Source: Spirochaetota bacterium (lineage in GTDB: Bacteria > Spirochaetota > Spirochaetia > DSM-27196 > PWMO01). From it: a stretch of DNA of 57,620 nt. The stretch covers positions 1-57,620 of the forward strand of contig JAAAOH010000318.1 in NCBI GenBank assembly GCA_009908925.1, given 5' to 3'. The position numbers and the translations under genes are program-made. The notes beneath the pieces are model-generated. The model ran no database searches. It was not told the DNA's origin and worked only from the letters and a program-made list of their open reading frames with translations. This document shows positions 9,258 to 16,913 of the stretch, piece by piece; the first letter of the stretch is position 1, and each line of letters begins with the position of its first letter.

Positions 9258-10445
9258 GGAAACGCGCTGCGGAGCGCTTTCGGCGAGCTTCCGAAGCACG
9301 CCGGCAGCATTCGGCGTCTTTGATAGCAGGATCATCGCAGCGATGATGAAGGGCTTGTACCCGGCCTCGCGATAGGTTGCGACCCGGTGCTTCTCGAAGA
9401 CGTCGACCGAGACCTCGCCGCGCTCGCAGCTTACACCGGATATGTCCGCCGGGAGACAGTGCATGTAGAGCGCGTCGTTGGTGGTGCCCATGCGATCGGC
9501 GTTGCACTCCCAGTCCATATGCCTGGCATTTTCCTGCAGGGCCTGCTGCTCCAGTCTCTCAAGCCCGCCCGCGTCCCCGGCGGCGAGGAAATCGGTTCGT
9601 TTCTGCATGACATTGAACGGCGCCCAGCTCTTCGGATAGACGATATCAGCGTCGGCAAACGCCTCGTCCATCGAGTTGCTCACCGAGAATCGTCCGCCGG
9701 CGTTCTGCGCGAACTCACCGGCCTGCGCCTCGAGCTCGGGGACCAGATTATAGCCCTCCGGATAGGCCAGCCGGACGTCCATCCCGAACCGGGTCATAAG
9801 CGAGATAACGCCCTGCGGCACCGACAGCGGCTTGCCGTAGGACGGCGAGTAGGCCCAGGTCATTGCAATCTTCTTGCCGCGGAGTTTCTCGAGACCGCCG
9901 AACTCGTTCGCAAGATGCTGCAGGTCGGCCATGGCCTGGGTGGGATGGTCGCGGTCGCACTGCAGGTTCACGATGCTCGGCCGCCGTTCGAGAAGCCCCG
10001 CCTCATGCGCGTCAGTAAGCGACTCGCCGACTTCGACCATATACTCGTGTCCGTGACCGATGTACATGTCGTCCCGGATGCCGATGACCTCGCTCAGAAA
10101 CGAGATCATGACGGCCGTTTCGCGGACAGTCTCGCCGTGGGCGATCTGACTCTTCTTCTCGTCGAGGTCCTGCACGGCGAGACCGAGGAGATTGGCAGCC
10201 GAGGCAAAGCTGAAGCGCGTCCGGGTCGAGTTGTCACGAAAGAGGGATACGGCAAGCCCGGAATCGAAGATGCGCGGGGAGATGCCGTCCGAACGCAGTC
10301 GGCGAAGCGCCTGCGAAACGGTCAGAACCGCACGGAGCTCGTCCGGGCTGTGGTTCCAGGTCAGAAGGAAATCTGAGCCGGACATCGATTCGAAAGAGAG
10401 CGATTCGAGCTCATGCAACAGTGTGGACATATCGGCAGTGTTCAT
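9249..10445 (-). CDS. ygeW: YgeW-type (knotted) carbamoyltransferase
   Basis: Near full-length match to E. coli YgeW as remembered: FLLTW...PDEL, FRDNSTRTRFS, KSQIAHGETVRETA.MISF, NLQCD.DHPTQ.MADL, KKIAMTWAYSPSYGKPLSVPQG, YMHCLPADISGVSC..GEV. Confidence 0.92.
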   Translation of the reverse strand: MNTADMSTLLHELESLSFESMSGSDFLLTWNHSPDELRAVLTVSQALRRLRSDGISPRIFDSGLAVSLFRDNSTRTRFSFASAANLLGLAVQDLDEKKSQIAHGETVRETAVMISFLSEVIGIRDDMYIGHGHEYMVEVGESLTDAHEAGLLERRPSIVNLQCDRDHPTQAMADLQHLANEFGGLEKLRGKKIAMTWAYSPSYGKPLSVPQGVISLMTRFGMDVRLAYPEGYNLVPELEAQAGEFAQNAGGRFSVSNSMDEAFADADIVYPKSWAPFNVMQKRTDFLAAGDAGGLERLEQQALQENARHMDWECNADRMGTTNDALYMHCLPADISGVSCERGEVSVDVFEKHRVATYREAGYKPFIIAAMILLSKTPNAAGVLRKLAESAPQRVSSA

Positions 10446-10583
10446 GAGACGGGATTATAGCGGCTGCGGCTGCGTGACGCAAAGGTGTGCGGACACCGGC
10501 GCCGCCATGCGGCGACCGGCCCCGGTAGATGCGCGAACGATATTTCCGTATAGTGCAGTCAGTCCGCGATTCTCGTTTCCGGA

Positions 10584-12053
10584 GTGTCTCCCGTGATCAA
10601 CCTGAAGGTTCAGCCTGATATCCGTCGTCGCAATATCGATCGGTGTCGCGAGCGCTCGATCCTGCTCCCCACCTTTGCCCAGATGCGCAACCCCTCGCAG
10701 ATTTCCGCGTCGGTGCGCAAACGGCTGCGCTCGGTCGGCCTGTGGGACCTCGACCCGCTTAACCTCTTTCGCATCACCTGGAAGAACGAGGCGGTTGATC
10801 ACGGCGGGACGTTTGCCGGCGTCAACGCGATGGAGATCCCGTCCTCGCTGACAGGCGTCCCGGCCCGCATCATCGCACTGGTCGGGCACTGGTTTCCCAC
10901 CGGTGCGCACAAGGTCGGTGCCACCTACGGCTGCCTTGCGCCGGAGCTCGTCCGTGGCGGCTTCGACGCCCAGAAACAGAAAGCGGTCTGGCCCTCGACC
11001 GGCAACTACTGCCGCGGCGGTGCGTACAACTCGGCGCTCCTCGGGTGCGACTCCGTCGCCATCCTTCCGGAGGGGATGAGCAGCGAGCGCTTCGAGTGGC
11101 TGAGGAACATTGCCGGGGAGATCATCTCCACCCCCGGCACCGAAAGCAACGTCAAGGAAATCTTTGACAAGTGCAACGAGATCGATGCGACCCGCGGCGA
11201 TGAAGTCGTCATTTTCAACCAGTTCTCCGAGCTCGGAAACTACCTCTGGCACTACGAAGTGACCGGCTCGGCCATTGCCGAGGTCCTGGAGACGGCGCTT
11301 GCCGACGGCGGACACTACGCGGGCTACGTGTCCTCTACGGGATCGGGCGGGACGCTGGCGGCCGGTGACCGGCTCAAGCAGCTCTACCCGACCAGCGTCA
11401 ACGTTGCGGCCGAGGCGCTGCAGTGCCCCACACTGCTGCGAAACGGATTCGGCGAGCATCGCATCGAGGGGATCGGCGACAAGCACGTGCCGTGGATTCA
11501 CAACGTGCGAAACACCGACATGGTTGTCGGTGTCGACGACAACGACTGTATCGATCTCATGCGGGTATTCAACGAGCCCGCCGGGCATCGATATCTCGAG
11601 GACGCCGGTGTCGATGCCGCCACGGTCCAGGCCCTGCCCATGATCGGCATCTCCGGCATCGGGAATGTCATCGCGGCAATCAAGGCGGCCCGCTACTGGG
11701 AGCTCGGTGCGGATGATGTTCTCGTTACGGTATTCACCGACTCCATGCAGCTGTACAACTCTCGGGTTGCCGAGGAGCGCGAGCGTCACGGGGACCTGGA
11801 TGAGGTGAACGCCGCGCGGGCAGTTGCCGGTGCCCTCGAGCGGCAGTCCATCGACGACACGCTCGAACTGTCCTACTACGAACGGCTTCGCATTCACAAT
11901 CTCAAGTACTACACCTGGATCGAGCAGCAGGGGAAGGACGTGGAAGAACTCAAGGCCCAGTGGTACGACCGCGAGTACTGGCTGCGTGTTCAGGAACGTG
12001 TGGGCGAAATCGACCGGCTCATCGACGAATTCAACGAAGAGGTCCTGGGATAA
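10584..12053 (+). CDS. PLP-dependent fold-type II enzyme (Trp-synthase-beta / cysteine-synthase superfamily), function unknown
   Basis: 489 aa. Probable PLP-lysine motif FPTGAHKVGA (TrpB-like TGAHK) and a glycine loop SSTGSGGT. Long N- and C-terminal extensions. Divergent from ygeW. The start could be GTG 10584 or GTG 10593. Confidence 0.72.
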   Translation: MSPVINLKVQPDIRRRNIDRCRERSILLPTFAQMRNPSQISASVRKRLRSVGLWDLDPLNLFRITWKNEAVDHGGTFAGVNAMEIPSSLTGVPARIIALVGHWFPTGAHKVGATYGCLAPELVRGGFDAQKQKAVWPSTGNYCRGGAYNSALLGCDSVAILPEGMSSERFEWLRNIAGEIISTPGTESNVKEIFDKCNEIDATRGDEVVIFNQFSELGNYLWHYEVTGSAIAEVLETALADGGHYAGYVSSTGSGGTLAAGDRLKQLYPTSVNVAAEALQCPTLLRNGFGEHRIEGIGDKHVPWIHNVRNTDMVVGVDDNDCIDLMRVFNEPAGHRYLEDAGVDAATVQALPMIGISGIGNVIAAIKAARYWELGADDVLVTVFTDSMQLYNSRVAEERERHGDLDEVNAARAVAGALERQSIDDTLELSYYERLRIHNLKYYTWIEQQGKDVEELKAQWYDREYWLRVQERVGEIDRLIDEFNEEVLG

Positions 12054-12070
12054 CCGCCGCGGCGGTTTGC
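12052..12070 (+). terminator. palindromic hairpin after the PLP-enzyme gene
   Basis: AACCGCCGCGGCGGTT is a perfect 16-nt palindrome overlapping the stop codon, followed by T. It lies between convergent genes. Confidence 0.3.
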
Positions 12071-12116
12071 GGCACGGCCGTGTCTCCCGGCGGCGCCCTG
12101 CGGTTCCCGCCCGCGG

Positions 12117-13655
12117 CTAGCCTGCCACCCCGGCCATGAGGCTTCCAACGCGCTCCACTTCGGCGTCGGCGCGGTCGAGCACGCCGACGATGCGTCCCGC
12201 ATAGATCACGGCCACTCTGTCCGAGAGCTCCCGGATCTCATCAAGGTCCTCCGAGATGAGGAGAATCGCGGTGCCGGCATCCCGCTGGGCCAGAAGGGTT
12301 CGATGGATGTACTCGGAGGCACCAATGTCCACACCCCGCGTCGGCTGTGAGGCGATGAGCACGGTCGGCCTGCGCGACAGCTCCCGCGCGAGAATGAGCT
12401 TCTGAATGTTTCCACCGGAGAGGTTCTTGAGCGGTGTCTCGAGGCTCGGTGTTTTCACCGCGTACTCCTTGACGAGGCGCCGGGCGTGGCGCTGCATTTC
12501 CCCGAAGCGAAGGAAGAGCCATCGGCGGAACTGCGAGGATTCGTGGTCCCGCAGAAAGACATTCTCCTCAACCGTGAACTCTCGAATCGCTCCGTCGCGC
12601 ATGCGTTCCTCCGGGATGAAGGATACGCCCGCTTTCACACGCTCGTTGAGGTGTGCTGTGGTGAGGTCCTGTCCGAGAACGTCGATCGTCCCCGAGGAAA
12701 CCAGCCGTACCCCCGCCAGAGCCTCGGCAAGCTCCCGCTGACCGTTTCCCGAGACGCCGGCGAGTCCGAGGATCTCACCGGTATCGACGTGGAGGTCCAC
12801 TCCGCGGACGATCTCCTCACCGCGGTCGCCGGTTACCCGCAGGTCCCGGACGACGAGACCGGCCTCGCCGGGACTGGGCTCGCGGTGGGTCTGCGGCTTG
12901 AGCTCGCGGCCGACCATGAGCGTGACGAGCTCCTCGCGGGTGACCTCGGCGGTGCGTCGCGTTCCCACGGTGATCCCGTCCCGCAGTACGGTCACGCGAT
13001 CGCTCACGTCGAGGACCTCGTGGAGCTTGTGCGAGATGAATAGAAGTGAGTGGCCTTCGGCCACCATCCGTTTGAGCGTGGCGAAGAGATCGCTCACCTC
13101 CTGGGGCGTGAGTACCGCGGTCGGCTCATCGAGAATGATGAGGCTCGCGCCGAGATCGAGGGCCTTGAGGATCTCAACCCGCTGCTGCTCGCCGACCGAA
13201 AGCTGCCAGACGCGCGCGTCGGGATCGACCTGCAGTCCGTAGTCGCGCGAGAGCAGCCGGATCCGCTCGCCGACCCGATCGAGGTCGAGGCGGATACCAC
13301 GACTGGAGCGGCGCCCCAGCGCCACGTTCTCGGCCACGGTCATGGTCGGGATCAGCATGAAGTGCTGGTGGATCATGCCGATACCTGCGCGAATGGCGTC
13401 CGCCGGCGATCGGAACAGGACGGGCGTCCCGTTGATGCGGATCTCTCCCTCGTCGGGCTCGTACATCCCGTAGAGTTGCCGCATCAACGTGCTCTTGCCC
13501 GCCCCGTTCTCCCCGAGAATTGCATGCGCCTCACCGGACCGCACGTCCAAGGACACGCCGTCGTTGGCGCGGACCCCCGGAAACTCCTTCACGATATCGA
13601 CCATCTCCATGTGATCGATGCGCGGCGGTTCGCTCTCCCGGCTGCGTCGGTGCAT
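12117..13655 (-). CDS. BMP-family (nucleoside/purine-type) ABC transporter ATP-binding protein
   Basis: Duplicated ATPase with GENGAGKST, LSVGEQQRVEI, LILDEPT, LSGGNIQK and Q.TRGVDIGA. ATG 13655 is preferred because the longer ORF to 13826 overlaps the upstream binding-protein gene and translates as Arg/Ser/Thr-rich junk. Confidence 0.85.
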   Translation of the reverse strand: MHRRSRESEPPRIDHMEMVDIVKEFPGVRANDGVSLDVRSGEAHAILGENGAGKSTLMRQLYGMYEPDEGEIRINGTPVLFRSPADAIRAGIGMIHQHFMLIPTMTVAENVALGRRSSRGIRLDLDRVGERIRLLSRDYGLQVDPDARVWQLSVGEQQRVEILKALDLGASLIILDEPTAVLTPQEVSDLFATLKRMVAEGHSLLFISHKLHEVLDVSDRVTVLRDGITVGTRRTAEVTREELVTLMVGRELKPQTHREPSPGEAGLVVRDLRVTGDRGEEIVRGVDLHVDTGEILGLAGVSGNGQRELAEALAGVRLVSSGTIDVLGQDLTTAHLNERVKAGVSFIPEERMRDGAIREFTVEENVFLRDHESSQFRRWLFLRFGEMQRHARRLVKEYAVKTPSLETPLKNLSGGNIQKLILARELSRRPTVLIASQPTRGVDIGASEYIHRTLLAQRDAGTAILLISEDLDEIRELSDRVAVIYAGRIVGVLDRADAEVERVGSLMAGVAG

Positions 13656-13671
13656 GCCTCGTATCCTCTGC

Positions 13672-14682
13672 CTATGGTTCCACGCTGACCGAGCCGTCAA
13701 CGATACCTTCGATGGCCGACTCTGCCGCTGCGGTCGCCTCGTCGGGGATGTCGAACTCCTCGTTGTAGGCGATCTTGAGGCCCTCGTTGGCCAGGCTGAG
13801 GATGTACGTCTCACCACCGTAGACACCGTCCTGGGCGTTCATGATCATTTCCTCGAGCATCATCGTCCAGTCGTAGACCTGAGAGGCAACAACCAGATCA
13901 GGGGCCAGTGATGCCTGATCGGCCTGGGTGCCGAACCAGAGCACGTCGCCGGCCTCCTGGGCGGCGCCGATGGAGCCCACGACCGACTGAGAGGACCCGG
14001 TGAGGATGTCCGCACCGTTGGAGATGTGTGTCTGGGCGGCTGCCGTCATCAGTGCCACGTCCGAGAAGGACCCGGTCCAGGTCTGGGAGACCCGCGCGTC
14101 CGGCCGAACGGACTCGACACCCTGCACGAAGCCGCTGATGTAGGTGCGGGCGTCGCCCACCTCGACCGGGCCGGTAACACCGATGCGCCCACTGTCGGTC
14201 ATGAGACCCGCCATCACGCCGTTCACGTAGCCGCCTTCCTCGGCCGCGGCGGTGTAGGCGTAGACGTTGTCGAGGCCGAAGGTGTTCACGTCCGTACCCC
14301 AGGCAAAGGCTGTCTCGGGAAACTCCGGCGCCAGGTCCTCGACGAACGTGCCGTACTGCGAGCCGTGAGCGATCACCAGGTCATAGCCCTGCGATGCATA
14401 GTCGCGCACCGCCGCTGAGGCGTCGGGAACGTTGAACATGTTCTCCGAGTACACCAGCTCGAGAGCGCTCTCACCGCCCATGTCCTCCTGCACGGTCGTC
14501 AGAGCCGACCACATTGACTGGCTGAACGCCGTATCGGTGGTAGCACTCGGCATAACGACCGCAACGCGAAACGGTGCGTCGCCGGCCTCGCCCTCCGCCT
14601 CGGCACCTCCGCCGGCAAACAGCGTGACCGTACCCAGAACCATCAACAGAACCAACGAAATCGAAACTGTTCGCGTGGTCAT
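13672..14682 (-). CDS. BMP-family ABC transporter substrate-binding protein
   Basis: Signal peptide, then the Bmp/PnrA/Med-type pattern (FRVAVVMPSATTDTAFSQS, ...HGSQYG, ...GVTGPVEVGD). No lipobox cysteine. Confidence 0.85.
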   Translation of the reverse strand: MTTRTVSISLVLLMVLGTVTLFAGGGAEAEGEAGDAPFRVAVVMPSATTDTAFSQSMWSALTTVQEDMGGESALELVYSENMFNVPDASAAVRDYASQGYDLVIAHGSQYGTFVEDLAPEFPETAFAWGTDVNTFGLDNVYAYTAAAEEGGYVNGVMAGLMTDSGRIGVTGPVEVGDARTYISGFVQGVESVRPDARVSQTWTGSFSDVALMTAAAQTHISNGADILTGSSQSVVGSIGAAQEAGDVLWFGTQADQASLAPDLVVASQVYDWTMMLEEMIMNAQDGVYGGETYILSLANEGLKIAYNEEFDIPDEATAAAESAIEGIVDGSVSVEP

Positions 14683-14735
14683 ACTCCCTCTCCTTTTCGA
14701 GCGTTGTCTGCCTCCATGGGCAGCTTATGCATGCT

Positions 14736-15668
14736 TCAGTTCTCCCCCCTCAGGAAGGGCTTGTTCAGCGCCGCCGGTTTTCGCCCCCGATACACCGTGA
14801 CCGTGAGTGCAACGATGGTGAGGATGTAGGGCAGCATGTTCGCGAGGCTCGCCGGCACGTTGACGCCCAGCACCTGCAGCCACAGCTGGATCGAGTTAGC
14901 CACGCTGAAGAGCAGGGCGCCAAGCATGACGCCGACCGGCGTCCAACCGCCGAAGTAAACGAGGGCCACCGCGATGAAACCCTGCCCGGCGGTCAGGTTA
15001 TCCTGGAAGAGATTCGTAACCGAGATCGAAAGCGAGGCCCCGGCGAGCCCCGCCAGTACCGCGCCCAGACAGACGCTCATATAGCGTACGAGGTTCACCG
15101 GCACGCCCCGTGAATCGGCCGCTGCCGGGTTCTGCCCCACCGACTTGATCGTCAGACCGATGGTCGTGCGCTCGAGAATCCACCACGAGACGGGCACGAG
15201 GGCGAAGGCGATATAGACGAGGATGGTGTTGTTGAACAGGATCGGGCCGAGGATGGGGATCTCGCCGAGAAGCGGTATCTGCAGCCGCGGAAAGCCGCGA
15301 ACCGTCTGGACGGTCCCGACGAGCTGCTTGAAAAGCAGGCTCGACATCCCGAGGCCGAACATCTGCAGGCCGATGCCGCTCACGCCCTGCTCCGCTTTGA
15401 GTGTCACACTGACGAAAGACATCATGAGGCCCATGACCAGCCCGATGATCATCGCCACGAGGACACCGAGCCAGAGGCTGGCGGTTGTCAGGACCGCGTA
15501 GAATGCCCCGAAGGCTGCGAGAAGCATGATACCGTCCACGCCGAGATTGAGGACGCCGGAGTTCTGCGAGAAGGTCTCCCCGAGGGCGGCGAACAGCAAC
15601 GGGGTGGCCAGCGTGAGCATCGTGCTGAGCATGCCGGTGAGTACCGAGACGTTGAATACTTCGTTCAT
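14736..15668 (-). CDS. BMP-family ABC transporter permease
   Basis: Hydrophobic multi-span protein starting MNEVFNVSVL. ATGA overlap with the upstream permease. The N-terminal 70 codons of the listed ORF are Arg-rich and overlap that gene. Confidence 0.85.
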   Translation of the reverse strand: MNEVFNVSVLTGMLSTMLTLATPLLFAALGETFSQNSGVLNLGVDGIMLLAAFGAFYAVLTTASLWLGVLVAMIIGLVMGLMMSFVSVTLKAEQGVSGIGLQMFGLGMSSLLFKQLVGTVQTVRGFPRLQIPLLGEIPILGPILFNNTILVYIAFALVPVSWWILERTTIGLTIKSVGQNPAAADSRGVPVNLVRYMSVCLGAVLAGLAGASLSISVTNLFQDNLTAGQGFIAVALVYFGGWTPVGVMLGALLFSVANSIQLWLQVLGVNVPASLANMLPYILTIVALTVTVYRGRKPAALNKPFLRGEN

Positions 15669-16789
15669 TCGGCTGCCTCCACGCGCACGCCGGCGCGCGC
15701 TTTCTCTATCCAGCGACGTGTCCAGACCGCCGATCCGGAGACGAACAGGACCACCAGCCCGAGGATCGCGCTGACGAGGGCAGACGGTACCTGCACCGCC
15801 CGCTGCATCGTGTCCGCGCCGACGAGCAGTGCGCCGAAAAACATCGATGCCGGGATGAGCCCGAGGGGATGGAGCCATCCGAGAAGGGCGGCAACGATAC
15901 CCGTAAAGCCGTACCCGCTGGTGAATCCCTCGATGAGTCGGTAGTGCACCCCCATGACCTCTACCGCGCCCGCCATGCCGGCGAAACCGCCGGCGAGCGT
16001 GAGGGAGAGCGCCTGGTGAAACGGTACCGCGATGCCCGAATACCGTGAGGCGTTGGGGTTCAGCCCCGTCGCGCGGATCCGGTAACCCACCGTCGTCCGC
16101 CAGAGAAAGAAGAATACGACAACCGCCATGATGAGCGCGAGGAAGATACCCGAATGCAGCAGGGTTCGCGGGATGAGTCGCACGAGGCGCGTCTGCTCCG
16201 GCAGTCTCGCCGATTGCATCAGAAACGTCCCCGCCTCGATGCCGGCCGGATCCATGAGTGGCCCCTGGAGCAGGAAGTTCATGAGCTGCAGGGCGATGGA
16301 GTTCATCATCACAGTGGTGAGAATCTCGTTCACATTATAGCGGGCTTTGAGAACGCCCGGCACGAAACCCCAGACAGCCCCACCGGCGAACCCCATCACG
16401 ACGAGTGAGGGCGTCAGCAGCCACCCAGGCCAGTGGGAGGCCTGTAGCGAGAACCACGCGGCGAGCAGCGCCCCGGAAATCATCTGACCGCGTCCCCCGA
16501 TGTTGATGCAGCTCGCCCGAAAGGCGATACAGATCCCGAGCCCTACGAGGAGCAGCGGCGTTGCCTTCACCAGGGTCTGCGTCAGTCCGAAGGTCGTGCC
16601 GAGGGCCCCCCTGAGCATTGCCCCGTAGGCAGCGAGAGGATTTGCCTGCAGGAGCAATAGAAAGAGAGCGCTCACGATGAGGGCCGCAGCGACGCCGGTG
16701 ACGGGAACGAGGAAACGTATGCCGGACTCTTTCCAGTCATGTCGGGTAAGGCTCACGGGTAGTGAGGTAGCAAGTGCCGTACCAAACAC
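15665..16789 (-). CDS. BMP-family ABC transporter permease
   Basis: 374-aa multi-span protein with the typical NIGGRGQM and TGLNPNA..YSGI motifs of nucleoside ABC permeases. GTG start. Confidence 0.82.
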   Translation of the reverse strand: MFGTALATSLPVSLTRHDWKESGIRFLVPVTGVAAALIVSALFLLLLQANPLAAYGAMLRGALGTTFGLTQTLVKATPLLLVGLGICIAFRASCINIGGRGQMISGALLAAWFSLQASHWPGWLLTPSLVVMGFAGGAVWGFVPGVLKARYNVNEILTTVMMNSIALQLMNFLLQGPLMDPAGIEAGTFLMQSARLPEQTRLVRLIPRTLLHSGIFLALIMAVVVFFFLWRTTVGYRIRATGLNPNASRYSGIAVPFHQALSLTLAGGFAGMAGAVEVMGVHYRLIEGFTSGYGFTGIVAALLGWLHPLGLIPASMFFGALLVGADTMQRAVQVPSALVSAILGLVVLFVSGSAVWTRRWIEKARAGVRVEAAE

Positions 16790-16913
16790 CCGTTGCGAAA
16801 CGCGAGCTACAACATGTTACATTGGAGAGGAATAGAGAAGAGTCTCGATCGGGCCACGTGCCCGTGACGCCGTCATCCTACGTCGATGTAGTTTTCTGGA
16901 TCTGAAGCTACAA

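Noticed and set aside
10455-11897. 480-aa ORF on the - strand opposite the PLP-enzyme gene, and a similar 329-aa + strand ORF (9387-10376) opposite ygeW
   Set aside because: These are mirror frames of recognisable genes with low-complexity Arg/Gly/Val-rich sequence and no start-site context.
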